Positions 7,206 to 14,724 are shown, counted from the stretch's first letter. The stretch is 32,000 bases of DNA from Candidatus Saccharimonadota bacterium (GCA_016699205.1 CP064964.1:750001-782000), one strand, 5' to 3'. Notes: generated from the sequence alone by a model not told the origin. Program-made: numbers and translations.

Positions 7206-8303
7206 TTAGAACGTTGCGAGCGGGATGCGGGCGGTCTCGATGGTGTTGCCGAGCGAGCTGTTGCTGGCGACGCCGTAGACGCGCGTGTTTACGCCGCTGT
7301 TGCTGATGGTGTACGGGACCGAGCAGCTGACTGAACCCGTGCAGGTGCCGACCGGAGTCGATGACTGTTCCGTGTACAAGCGGATAACGGTGTTAGCCGA
7401 GGCGTACGGAAGGTTGGTGAAGCTGGCGGTGAGATACACCGTGCCGCCGGCACGAACGTTCGTAGAAGGCGCGATGTAAATGTCCGTGTTAGGGATCTGG
7501 CCGACGGAACCCGACGAGCCGTTGGTCGTTACGTAGATACCCGGTTGCACATAGGCAATCAGGTTACCGTTCGTATCGTAGGCAAACGTTTGGAATGTCA
7601 CGTTGTTATACGTTTGACCAGCGATGTACGTGTACGAGCACGGGTTGCTGTAGCAGGTTTGGACAACGGTTGCGACCGAGCCTGCGTTGGCTGTACCGAT
7701 CGTGATGCGACCATTGGAAGGAAGCGATCCCGAGTAGTTAGCCGTAATGGTAACGGACTGGCCATGAGTCGGATTCATGGTGTTGGCGTTGATCGAGAGC
7801 AGTCCGTTATTGGATGTGCCTGTCGAGCCTGTGGAGGTACCGTTCACGTAGATCACCGGACCAAACTGGCTCATGACGAAGTTTCCGTTGCGGTCATAGA
7901 TGCGAGCCTCGTACTGAGCGGTACCGTTGTTGCCCTGAACGGACACATCGGCGACACACCAGGACTGGTCATAGCAGGTGCGAACGATGGAACCGGTGCG
8001 GACATCGCGGATCTCGATGCGATTACCGACGTAGCTCCAGTTGCCGGCGTTGTAGGCATTAGCCGTGAGCTTCACCATGCCGCCGTTATCGACGGAGGTG
8101 CGGTCGGACTGGAGGGTCAAGCCGTTGATGTAGTTCGTCCCGTCGTTTGAGGAGCCGTTGTTGTTACCGTTGATGTAGATCGTCGGGCCGTACTGGGTAG
8201 CGACGATTGAGCCGGAGTTGTTGAAGACCGTTGCAACGTACTGCGTGGAGGCGTTTTGGTTTGGGTACACCGTAACACTGCAGTAGGCCGTGTCGTAACA
8301 AGC
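7206..8303 (-). CDS. C-terminal continuation (modules 4b-7) of the repeat protein that starts at 9896/9881, separated from it only by an in-frame TAA
   Basis: The tracked ORF starts at a GTG (8270) inside a repeat module and has no signal peptide or RBS. Translating straight after the TAA at 8304..8306 gives ACYDTAYCSVTVYPNQNASTQYVATVFNN, which completes the interrupted module in the same frame. Confidence 0.6.
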   Translation of the reverse strand, partial: ACYDTAYCSVTVYPNQNASTQYVATVFNNSGSIVATQYGPTIYINGNNNGSSNDGTNYINGLTLQSDRTSVDNGGMVKLTANAYNAGNWSYVGNRIEIRDVRTGSIVRTCYDQSWCVADVSVQGNNGTAQYEARIYDRNGNFVMSQFGPVIYVNGTSTGSTGTSNNGLLSINANTMNPTHGQSVTITANYSGSLPSNGRITIGTANAGSVATVVQTCYSNPCSYTYIAGQTYNNVTFQTFAYDTNGNLIAYVQPGIYVTTNGSSGSVGQIPNTDIYIAPSTNVRAGGTVYLTASFTNLPYASANTVIRLYTEQSSTPVGTCTGSVSCSVPYTISNSGVNTRVYGVASNSSLGNTIETARIPLATF

Positions 8304-9329
8304 TTATACGATGTTGCTCGAGCTGACTTCCTTGATCTCGATGCGGCCACCGTTAAGGCTGTTGTTGTAGCTAGCCGAGAGCATGACGCTCTGACCAGAG
8401 GTGATCGAGGTGCGGTCAGCGGTAAGCGTGAGCGTACCGGTCTGGCTGGAGCCATCGAAGTAAATCGTGGAGCTATTCTGGGTAGCGATTTGCGAACCAG
8501 AGTTGTTGAAGACCGTGGCGACGTACTGGGTCGAGGAGTAGCCCGTCTGGTACGGATAGACTGTGACCGTGCAGTAGGTCGTGTCGTAACAGGACTTAAC
8601 AATGGTGTTGGTGCGAACTTCCTTGATCTCGATACGACCTCCATTGAGGCTATTGTTGTAATTCGCATTGAGAGTCACAGACTGACCGCTCGTGATATTG
8701 GTGCGGTCGGATGTGATGGTGAGCGTACCGGTCTGGCCGTTGGAACCATCAAAGTAAATGGTCGGGCCGTACTGGGTGGCGATCTGGTTGCCGTTGGTAT
8801 CGATCACGACGACGAAATATTGCGTCGAAGAATAACCGGTTTGATACGGGTAGATCGCGGTGGAACAGGAAGCGACGTTGTAGCAGGACTTCACAACGTT
8901 ATTGGTGCGGACTTCCTTGATCTCCATGCGCGCGCCACTCGGAATGTTGGCGTTGTAGTTGGCGTAGAGATTTACTTGCTGACCGTTCGTGACGTTTGTG
9001 CGGTCGGAAGTGAGGGTGAGCGTACCGTTTTGCGAAGAACCATTGGTGTAGATCACCGGACCGTATTGGGTTCCGATGTGCGTACCGTTGCTGTTCTTGG
9101 CGACGATGTAGTACTGCACCGAGTTCTGTGAAGAATCGGTGGTCGGGTAGACCGTGACGCTACATGTACTCGTGTTGTAGCAGGTCTTGAGCGTGTTGCT
9201 TGTGCGAACATCCTTGATCTCGAGGTAACCGCTCGTTGGCAATGTGCCGAAGTAGGTACCCGTGAGATACACAGCCTGACCGCTTGTGATCGACGTGCGA
9301 TCAGCGGTGAGGGTCAATGATCCGGACTG
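7209..9329 (-). repeat. Seven tandem ~95-105-aa coding modules (~290-bp period)
   Basis: Recurring protein blocks and recurring DNA strings, for example CTTCCTTGATCTCGAT at 8328, 8619 and 8911 (plus strand). Confidence 0.8.
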
Positions 9330-9896
9330 GCCATTGTTGTTTTGGCCTTGGGTGCGGAGCGAGTCATTTGGGTTGAAGACGCCGTTGTACTCGTTGCTGA
9401 CGTTGTAGTCAGATGTGTTGTAGATCGGCGAGCCAACCGTGTAGTTCACGAAAAATTCATCCGGTACGTCCTGAACCTGGGAGGCCCAGTTAGAACCAAA
9501 GAATTGCGTCGCGAGGTACTCACTCGTGACATGGCGCAAGACGCCGCCGCGTGCGACAGCGTATACCTTAGGGTCCGTCGTAACTTTTACGAGCTTGGCG
9601 CCCGGGCGATAGGTCACGTTTCCGGCGAGCGGAATCGCAAACAGTTCCGAGTCGGAAATGTTTTGGACATTGTCGAATGACGGGAACCACGTGAAGTACG
9701 TGGCAGCATTCGGGAATACATAGCGCTTGCCGTCATTGGCGTACCAATAAACGGTTTGCTGGGACTGTCCGCGGATCGCGGTGTTGGTCGAGGCAGCGAA
9801 TACCGTGGCGACGTTACCGAAAGCGGTAAGCGGCGCGGCGATGAGCGCAACCAAGATCAGACTCAAGAGTGTCTTATTCATAGGATGATATCGCAT
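8304..9896 (-). CDS. Secreted repeat protein, N-terminal part: signal peptide, ~130-aa conserved domain, then ~95-aa Cys-containing tandem modules; ends at an in-frame TAA
   Basis: MRYHPMNKTLLSLILVALIAAPLTAFGNVATVFA/AS (an alternative start ATG is at 9881). The N-terminal domain is homologous to the C-terminus of the 4739..7129 protein. Modules follow the form GTLTLT.DRT.(I/V)T.GQ.V.L.A.YN......R.EIKEVRT...VK(S/T)CY....C...(V/I)YP.......TQY........G..IATQYGP(T/V)IY..G. Confidence 0.85.
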   Translation of the reverse strand: MRYHPMNKTLLSLILVALIAAPLTAFGNVATVFAASTNTAIRGQSQQTVYWYANDGKRYVFPNAATYFTWFPSFDNVQNISDSELFAIPLAGNVTYRPGAKLVKVTTDPKVYAVARGGVLRHVTSEYLATQFFGSNWASQVQDVPDEFFVNYTVGSPIYNTSDYNVSNEYNGVFNPNDSLRTQGQNNNGQSGSLTLTADRTSITSGQAVYLTGTYFGTLPTSGYLEIKDVRTSNTLKTCYNTSTCSVTVYPTTDSSQNSVQYYIVAKNSNGTHIGTQYGPVIYTNGSSQNGTLTLTSDRTNVTNGQQVNLYANYNANIPSGARMEIKEVRTNNVVKSCYNVASCSTAIYPYQTGYSSTQYFVVVIDTNGNQIATQYGPTIYFDGSNGQTGTLTITSDRTNITSGQSVTLNANYNNSLNGGRIEIKEVRTNTIVKSCYDTTYCTVTVYPYQTGYSSTQYVATVFNNSGSQIATQNSSTIYFDGSSQTGTLTLTADRTSITSGQSVMLSASYNNSLNGGRIEIKEVSSSNIV

Positions 9897-10008
9897 TAGC
9901 GATGGGCTAACCTTAGCAGAATTTTAATAAAATGTCAATGGTCTTACCCTCCGATCTTTGTTCAAGTTCTAACGATTGGCAAGAGCATCTGCTATGCTGT
10001 GTATACGT

Positions 10009-10542
10009 ATGAAAAAAATGGCCATGACAAGCCTTGTTTTGACCCTCGCCTTGGCTGGCGCCGGGTGCCAAAACGGACCCAAGTACGTGCTTGGCGACTT
10101 ACCAAACGAGCAACAGCTCGCTCTTATGGATGATCAGGATAAGGTCAAGGCGATCGAGGCGGTCATGGAAAAGGCCCCCATGCCAGAGCTTTCCGAGGAT
10201 GAAAAACGTCAGGAATTGCGAGAATCCATCGATACGATGATGGGTGGGACGGCGGAGCGGTTGGCCGATTTTTCCGGCAAGAATTTTCATGAAGGCGGTG
10301 GAACAGTGCGTATTGTGAAAGTCGGGAATATTTATCGTATCGTGCTATCGGAAGAGTTTTTTGTGACGCCTGGGCCTTATCTGGTCGTGAAAGCAGGGGA
10401 GGTTGAGATTGCGCCGCTTAAGAATTCACGCGGGGCGCAGACATACGATTTGCCACAGGACTTTGATTTGTCTAAGGCGCCGTATATTTCGATTTACTGC
10501 AAACCGTTCCGGGTCGAGTTTGCGCGAGCGACGTTCAATTGA
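10009..10542 (+). CDS. DM13 domain-containing putative lipoprotein
   Basis: Tracked ORF starts at a TTG (9976); I prefer the ATG at 10009 (MKKMAMTSLVLTLALAGAGC, a signal peptide with a lipobox-like AGAGC). The C-terminal part fits the DM13 pattern as I recall it (FHEGGGTVRIVKVGNIYRIVLSEEFFVTPGPYLVV...LKNSRGAQTYDLPQDFDLSKAPYISIYCKPFRVEFARATF). Confidence 0.7.
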   Translation: MKKMAMTSLVLTLALAGAGCQNGPKYVLGDLPNEQQLALMDDQDKVKAIEAVMEKAPMPELSEDEKRQELRESIDTMMGGTAERLADFSGKNFHEGGGTVRIVKVGNIYRIVLSEEFFVTPGPYLVVKAGEVEIAPLKNSRGAQTYDLPQDFDLSKAPYISIYCKPFRVEFARATFN

Positions 10543-10577
10543 TTTTCCTCAAGGACTCGCGTAGCCTGAGGGCGCCA

Positions 10578-10664
10578 GCCGAGATGGTGGAACTGGTAGA
10601 CACACCAGCCTTAGGAGCTGGCCCTCGAAAGAGGATGAGAGTTCGAGTCTCTCTCTCGGCACCA
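10578..10664 (+). tRNA. tRNA-Leu (anticodon UAG), type II with long variable arm, CCA encoded
   Basis: Acceptor GCCGAGA/TCTCGGC. D-arm GTGGAACTGGTAGACAC. Anticodon stem CCAGC/GCTGG with loop CTTAGGA. Variable arm CCTCGAAAGAGGAT. T-arm GAGAG-TTCGAGT-CTCTC. Discriminator A followed by CCA. Confidence 0.95.
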
Positions 10665-10665
10665 T

Positions 10666-10697
10666 AAAAAAATCCCCGCATAATGCGGGGATTTTTT
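10666..10697 (+). terminator. Rho-independent terminator after tRNA-Leu
   Basis: AAAAAAATCCCCGCA, loop TAA, TGCGGGGATTTTTT. Confidence 0.85.
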
Positions 10698-10797
10698 ATC
10701 TGGCTTGACCCATTGACAGAATAAGCGTTTTCCGATTGTCTGTCAGTGTCCTTTGGAGATTGAAGATCCATGTCGTCGAACCGGATTGGAGGGGACT

Positions 10798-11175
10798 ATG
10801 GCCGCACAAAAGCCTCGCAGCAGAGAGAAGCCGACCAAGGGAATGCTCGAAGTAACGGTGCACGATGCCGACGGCCAGCCGCGTCGGCGGCTGCGCGTCC
10901 AGCTCTCGAGCGGCCGCACCGATCTCGGCGAGATCCTGACCGACGACGATGGAGTCGTGGAATTCCCTGATCTCTCGCTTGGCGAGAAGTACTTCGTACG
11001 CGTCAACGGTGATGAGGTCTACGAGGAGCTCGTGATGGAGCGGGCCAAGGAGTCGCTCGAGATCGAGTACGATGGCGAGGCTGTCCGCAGCACGGACGAC
11101 GAAGACGAGGACACGGATGCGGAAGACGACGAGGATCTCGATTCTCCTGACGAGTCTCTGGAAGATCTCGGCTGA
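10798..11175 (+). CDS. Hypothetical small protein: single beta-sandwich-like domain plus poly-acidic tail
   Basis: Tracked ORF starts at a TTG (10753). The ATG at 10798 is preceded by GGAGG with 6-nt spacing (MAAQKPRSREK...). VTVHDADGQP...GVVEFPDL resembles carboxypeptidase-regulatory-like folds. The tail is DDEDEDTDAEDDEDLDSPDESLEDLG. Local GC is high. Confidence 0.6.
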   Translation: MAAQKPRSREKPTKGMLEVTVHDADGQPRRRLRVQLSSGRTDLGEILTDDDGVVEFPDLSLGEKYFVRVNGDEVYEELVMERAKESLEIEYDGEAVRSTDDEDEDTDAEDDEDLDSPDESLEDLG

Positions 11176-11195
11176 GCGGCGCTATCGGCGAAACT

Positions 11196-11226
11196 GAAAG
11201 CCCCCGGTTCACGGGGGCTTTTTTTA
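11196..11226. terminator. Bidirectional terminator
   Basis: AAAGCCCCCG, loop GTTCA, CGGGGGCTTTTTTT, between convergent stop codons at 11175 and 11224. Confidence 0.8.
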
Positions 11227-12084
11227 TTGTGTCGGCGCCTTTGCGCTTGGATTCATCGCTGGGCAGACAGCGCGGCAGGCATTATCTTTCTTCACAACGC
11301 AATCGGTTAACTCGTTAAAGTACGCTTGCGGTGGAGGGACCTTTGGATCGACCACGTTGTATTTGATCTTGGCTGCTTTGAAGCAGAGTGACATTTCCGT
11401 ACGGCAGTTCAGGAGACATGTTTGAGCGCCTGACTCGATTGGCGGTACGGGTGGTTTCGTTGGTGCTGGGTAGAAGTACCAGTCGCTACAAAGTCCTTTG
11501 CATTCTTTCTCGTTATTTTCTACACAGAGAAAGTCATTTCCAGGGCTTGGTACGAGCGGCGTTTCTTTGGTTGCGGCGAGGCACTTATTGAACGCGCTCT
11601 CGCATTGCTGCATACACGTATTCAGATTTTTTTCTTTCTGAGGATCTGGCTGTGGGGGAGCAGGTGGAGGTGGTGTTGGTTCCGACGGGGGAGTTGGTTG
11701 TGTTGGCGGAGGAATCGACTCTGATGGTTGAGGAGGCGGCAGGGGTTCTGCTTGCGGTGCCGTTTCTCCTGTCCTTGATGGAAGATTTGATGAACCTAGA
11801 AGCTGCGTGGGCGTTGTTTGTGTTGTTGTACGGATTAGGCCTCGGCTTCTCATTTTTGTTTCTATTCCGAGTATTCGTACGCCAATATCGCGTATTTCTT
11901 TGCGTAGGTCGTTGAGTGCGATCAGAATGCCTCCGCTATCTTTTGCGTATCCTCGCGTCGTTCCTTGGCCCAGGGCAGCGAGCGATATTGTTGAAAAAGA
12001 AAAAACCGTCACGATCAGTGCGATCCAGGTAACGATATACCAGGGAGCTTTCCGTGGGGTTTTTTTAGGTGAGCCGAGCGGCAT
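11224..12084 (-). CDS. Membrane-anchored protein: basic N-terminus, TM helix, conserved ~45-aa juxtamembrane segment, Pro-rich linker, duplicated 6-Cys module
   Basis: 286 aa. WYIVTWIALIVTVFSFSTISLAAL is the TM helix. The linker is PPPQPSESIPPPTQPTPPSEPTPPPPAPPQP. Two copies follow of C-x3-C-x6-C ... C-x7-C-x3-C (CMQQCESAFNKC...CVENNEKECKGLC and CLLNCRTEMSLC...CVVKKDNACRAVC). Confidence 0.75.
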   Translation of the reverse strand: MPLGSPKKTPRKAPWYIVTWIALIVTVFSFSTISLAALGQGTTRGYAKDSGGILIALNDLRKEIRDIGVRILGIETKMRSRGLIRTTTQTTPTQLLGSSNLPSRTGETAPQAEPLPPPQPSESIPPPTQPTPPSEPTPPPPAPPQPDPQKEKNLNTCMQQCESAFNKCLAATKETPLVPSPGNDFLCVENNEKECKGLCSDWYFYPAPTKPPVPPIESGAQTCLLNCRTEMSLCFKAAKIKYNVVDPKVPPPQAYFNELTDCVVKKDNACRAVCPAMNPSAKAPTQ

Positions 12085-12088
12085 AGTC

Positions 12089-12382
12089 TTACTCGGCTAG
12101 ACTGTTTTCAATACGCATGACGCGAGCACCAATTTCACGGACGTCTTTTCTGATGTCGGAAATAGATTGGAGGATGCCTGTGGCATTTTTTTGGTAGCCA
12201 GACGATGTGCCTTGAGCCATAGCAGCCAAGGAGATGGTCGAGACCGAGAAGGTGATCGCGATGGCAGCAATCCAGAGGACGGCGTGCCAGTGAGCGCCGT
12301 GACCATCACGACCCTTGGTCGGGTGTGATTTTGCTGGCATTGGTTTTACGGCTGAAGTTTTTTTGGATTTTACAGATGGCAT
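12089..12382 (-). CDS. Short paralog of the N-terminal region of the downstream (11224..12084) protein
   Basis: 97 aa. HWHAVLWIAAIAITFSVSTISLAAMAQGTSSGYQKNATGILQSISDIRKDVREIGARVMRIENSL aligns with WYIVTWIALIVTVFSFSTISLAALGQGTTRGYAKDSGGILIALNDLRKEIRDIGVRILGIETKM. There is a 4-nt gap to the next gene. Confidence 0.7.
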   Translation of the reverse strand: MPSVKSKKTSAVKPMPAKSHPTKGRDGHGAHWHAVLWIAAIAITFSVSTISLAAMAQGTSSGYQKNATGILQSISDIRKDVREIGARVMRIENSLAE

Positions 12383-12445
12383 AAAAGGGGCGCAAAGATC
12401 GATATATTTTGATAGCTAGAAGTATATCATAGTTTGGCTCGACCG

Positions 12446-12474
12446 TTGACAAAATCGCTAAAATCCTGTATCAA
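12446..12474 (+). promoter_or_regulatory. Candidate sigma70-like promoter
   Basis: TTGACA (12446..12451), 17 nt, TATCAA (12469..12474), 27 nt upstream of the ATG at 12502. It is embedded in GACCGTTGACAAAAT, which is shared with the efp upstream region. Confidence 0.45.
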
Positions 12475-12501
12475 GCACGTGTCCGATGGATTGAGGTGGT
12501 T

Positions 12502-12966
12502 ATGGACCCCGCTCCCGTGCTCGACCTGTTTCGTGACAAGCATCGCGAATTCCTGAATTGCATCAAGATGGTGTGGGTGGGTTATGACAGGCGTCGTGAT
12601 CGGCTCCGCATCCGTTTCCGCATCAACGAGAAGCTGCCGCCCGTCTGGCTCGGCCAACTCTCGATCATCGTCCGTCACGACGAATTCCTCGGCGAGGAAG
12701 AGCTCGAGAAGATCGAGTGGATCGATACGGAAGGCTCACTCATCACCATGACTTGCGCGCGACCACGCAAACTCTTGCCCGATGCCGATCTCCGCGGCAT
12801 GAGCGATGAGATCCTGCCCATTGGCGATGTCATCCTGTTCTCTGGTAACGGAGATCTTGTTCACGAGCATCCGCTCTACAACGGGCTGAGCATGCACGTG
12901 ATGAGCCGCGCCATCGCCGATCTCCCGCGGACCTACCCGAGGCATCGCGAGGACAAAATCCTCTGA
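12502..12966 (+). CDS. Hypothetical protein
   Basis: Tracked ORF 12496 (GTG). The ATG at 12502 is preceded by GAGGTGG. 154 aa, no recognised family. Ends with TGA. Confidence 0.6.
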   Translation: MDPAPVLDLFRDKHREFLNCIKMVWVGYDRRRDRLRIRFRINEKLPPVWLGQLSIIVRHDEFLGEEELEKIEWIDTEGSLITMTCARPRKLLPDADLRGMSDEILPIGDVILFSGNGDLVHEHPLYNGLSMHVMSRAIADLPRTYPRHREDKIL

Positions 12967-12971
12967 AGAAA

Positions 12972-13004
12972 CGCCCCCGCGACCATGACTGGTCTGCGGG
13001 GGCG
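12972..13004. terminator. Bidirectional GC-rich hairpin terminator between convergent genes
   Basis: CGCCCCCGCGACC, loop ATGACT, GGTCTGCGGGGGCG (one mismatch), followed by AATTGTTTTAT. Confidence 0.7.
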
Positions 13005-13011
13005 AATTGTT

Positions 13012-13698
13012 TTATGCCGTTTCTTCTTTCTTTTTCTTCTTATATTTTCTGACGATGACCGTGATGTCATCTGGCTTGCCTCGGACGTGATTTGTCTGGG
13101 ATCGAGCTGCTGCCGCTTGCTCGAGCTCTTGGGCTGCTTTGAGGGGTTCGTCGATATGCCTGATCAGAATGGCCTGGATTTCATTGTCGGTGAGAACGTC
13201 GGAGAGGCCATCGGAACAATCGAGGTATACATCGCCATTCTCTAATTCATCGGTACGGATATAAGGTTTCAATTCCGCGCCGTAATAATCCTTGTTGGTA
13301 TTTTTATTGCCCAACGATTGCAGGAGGTAGTGGCGAATATCGTCCAATGTAAATGTTTCGGCTTTCTTTCTTTTCATTAGGCTCGCGATGGATGCGATCT
13401 CCCTGCTCTGTGTTGCATATTTTTCCAGTGTCGCGAGAGAAAATTTTCTTGTGATGTCTTGGTCGTTTTCGATGGGCTCACCGTTCACGTCCGGTATGCG
13501 TAGATCGGCAATGGCTTGAGCGAGGGAGTGATCCGGAGTCATGCGTTCCAATCGATCTTGGCGCAAGCGATAAATGCGGCTGTCGCCAACATGGCCGATC
13601 GTGTTCCAATCTTTACCCTCGATATCACGCCAGATTTTGGAAAGGGAGGCTGTGCAGCTCATCGACCGGGCTATCGACATCACAAGTTGGCGGTCCAT
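13012..13698 (-). CDS. PP2C-family Ser/Thr phosphatase, C-terminal fragment (frame-shifted relative to the N-terminal fragment)
   Basis: Contains the middle and late PP2C motifs: SMSCTASL (GMGTT-like), IGHVGDSRIYRLR...LERMTPDHSL, LDCSDGLSDVLTDNEI, KPDDITVIVRK. It lacks the N-terminal metal-binding motifs, which are in ORF 13680..14192. Confidence 0.75.
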   Translation of the reverse strand: MDRQLVMSIARSMSCTASLSKIWRDIEGKDWNTIGHVGDSRIYRLRQDRLERMTPDHSLAQAIADLRIPDVNGEPIENDQDITRKFSLATLEKYATQSREIASIASLMKRKKAETFTLDDIRHYLLQSLGNKNTNKDYYGAELKPYIRTDELENGDVYLDCSDGLSDVLTDNEIQAILIRHIDEPLKAAQELEQAAAARSQTNHVRGKPDDITVIVRKYKKKKKEETA

Positions 13699-14192
13699 CG
13701 GATCATTCGGATCGAGTTTGCGTTTATATTCTTTTCCGCCCGTTTGACGGCCATTGTAATCACATGAGACTCGTTATGGAGTTTGCCAATAGCTTGTTGC
13801 ATGTTGCGCAATGTTTGGTCGACCGCGTTTTCTACCAAGGCAGCGATAGCGATCGGCTCTTCACGGCCTGCTTCCATGACAAGGCGCGTCATCGGGTCGC
13901 GTGTTGCGAGGCGCTCCAACGTGAGTTCTTCTGCGGCTTTTGCGCTTGCAAGATTACCCGCTAAACCACCGCCGACTCCGTCAGCAACAAAATCAATGCC
14001 GCGTTCTTCTGAAACGTAGTAGCTGTCTTCATTGCGTTCCGGATGATCGGGCGAGGCTTCCGTTGCAATACCGATTTGCAGCTGCGTTTCATTTTCTTGC
14101 GACTCAACTAAACGGAACTCCGCTTTGCGGATTTCTTTTTTGGGAGTCTCGGCCGGTGCTGGAGCCGGTGTCCATCGTTCAAAGGCATTCAT
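13680..14192 (-). CDS. PP2C-family Ser/Thr phosphatase, N-terminal fragment
   Basis: PERNEDSYYV...GIDFVADGVGGGLAGNLASAKAAEEL matches PP2C motifs 1-2 (xxNEDxx, ADGMGGHxxGexAS). It overlaps the C-terminal fragment by 19 nt in a different frame. The start ATG (14192) lies 2 nt after the rlmH stop. Confidence 0.75.
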   Translation of the reverse strand: MNAFERWTPAPAPAETPKKEIRKAEFRLVESQENETQLQIGIATEASPDHPERNEDSYYVSEERGIDFVADGVGGGLAGNLASAKAAEELTLERLATRDPMTRLVMEAGREEPIAIAALVENAVDQTLRNMQQAIGKLHNESHVITMAVKRAEKNINANSIRMIRWTANL

Positions 14193-14194
14193 CG

Positions 14195-14677
14195 CTACTT
14201 ATGATACTCCTTTTTTCGGATGATCGTCTCGGCACGATACAGTTGCTCTAATAATACGATGCGTGCGAGCTGGTGGGGGAGCGTTTGTTTGCCGAGCGAG
14301 ATGACGGCTTCTGCTTGCGAGCGAAGCGCGGGATCAAGCCCCCAAGATCCACCGATTAAAAAGACGAGTGGACGACCGGACTCGGACCAGGTCTCGAGTT
14401 TGCGTGCGAATGAGGGTGAATCAAGATTGGTTCCAGTTTCATCGAGGGCAATAACGAATGAACCCTTAGGTTGTCCTTTGGCGAGTGACTCGGCTTCTCG
14501 AGCCCGGGTTTTATTGGTGTCGGGTTTAGCCGAGCCTTGGTGGCCTTCCGCGACCTCGGTCAATTCCACCTTGGTAAAAGGCTTAAGACGCTCGAGATAC
14601 ATGGAAATAGCCTCGGATTGCCAGTCTTCCGTAGGGGAGCCGACGGCTCGAATGTGGATGCTCTTCATAAGGCTCAT
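14195..14677 (-). CDS. rlmH: 23S rRNA (pseudouridine1915-N3)-methyltransferase RlmH (SPOUT family)
   Basis: IHIRAVGSPTEDWQSEAISMYLERLKPFTKVELTEV...GSFVIALDETGTNLDSPSFARKLETW...GRPLVFLIGGSWGLDPALRSQAEAVISLGKQTLPHQLARIVLLEQLYRAETIIRKKEYHK is the RlmH pattern. Start is at ATG 14677 (MSLMKSIHI) or 14668; the tracked 14746 start is probably too long. Confidence 0.9.
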   Translation of the reverse strand: MSLMKSIHIRAVGSPTEDWQSEAISMYLERLKPFTKVELTEVAEGHQGSAKPDTNKTRAREAESLAKGQPKGSFVIALDETGTNLDSPSFARKLETWSESGRPLVFLIGGSWGLDPALRSQAEAVISLGKQTLPHQLARIVLLEQLYRAETIIRKKEYHK

Positions 14678-14697
14678 TTTCCTTTGAATCCGAGCCC

Positions 14698-14724
14698 TTG
14701 ACAAGGGTTTAGGGGTTCTATAAA
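14698..14724 (+). promoter_or_regulatory. Candidate promoter of the 23S-5S operon
   Basis: TTGACA (14698..14703), 15 nt, TATAAA (14719..14724); alternatively TAAACT with 17-nt spacing. About 430 nt upstream of mature 23S and divergent from rlmH. Confidence 0.5.

Noticed and set aside
8117-9131. Tracked ORFs 8117..8668 (minus, 183 aa) and 8256..9131 (plus, 291 aa) overlapping the repeat protein
   Set aside because: These are alternate-frame or antisense products of a repetitive coding region, R/T/S- or V/G/D-rich with low complexity. The sense frame has a signal peptide and coherent modules.
1879-10697. Near-identical terminator hairpins (AAATCCCCGC...GCGGGGATTT at 3468 and 10666; AATCCCCCG...CGGGGGATT at 1879) as a dispersed REP-like mobile repeat
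   Set aside because: Only the short GC stem and A/T flanks are shared. The loops differ and every copy sits exactly at a gene end. Convergent intrinsic-terminator design is the simpler explanation.
10700-10750. Inverted repeat TGACAGA-N18-TCTGTCA with tandem TTGACC/TTGACA upstream of gene 10798..11175, as a possible operator
   Set aside because: There is only a 7-bp arm and a single occurrence, with no adjacent regulator gene. The evidence is insufficient to call a regulatory site.
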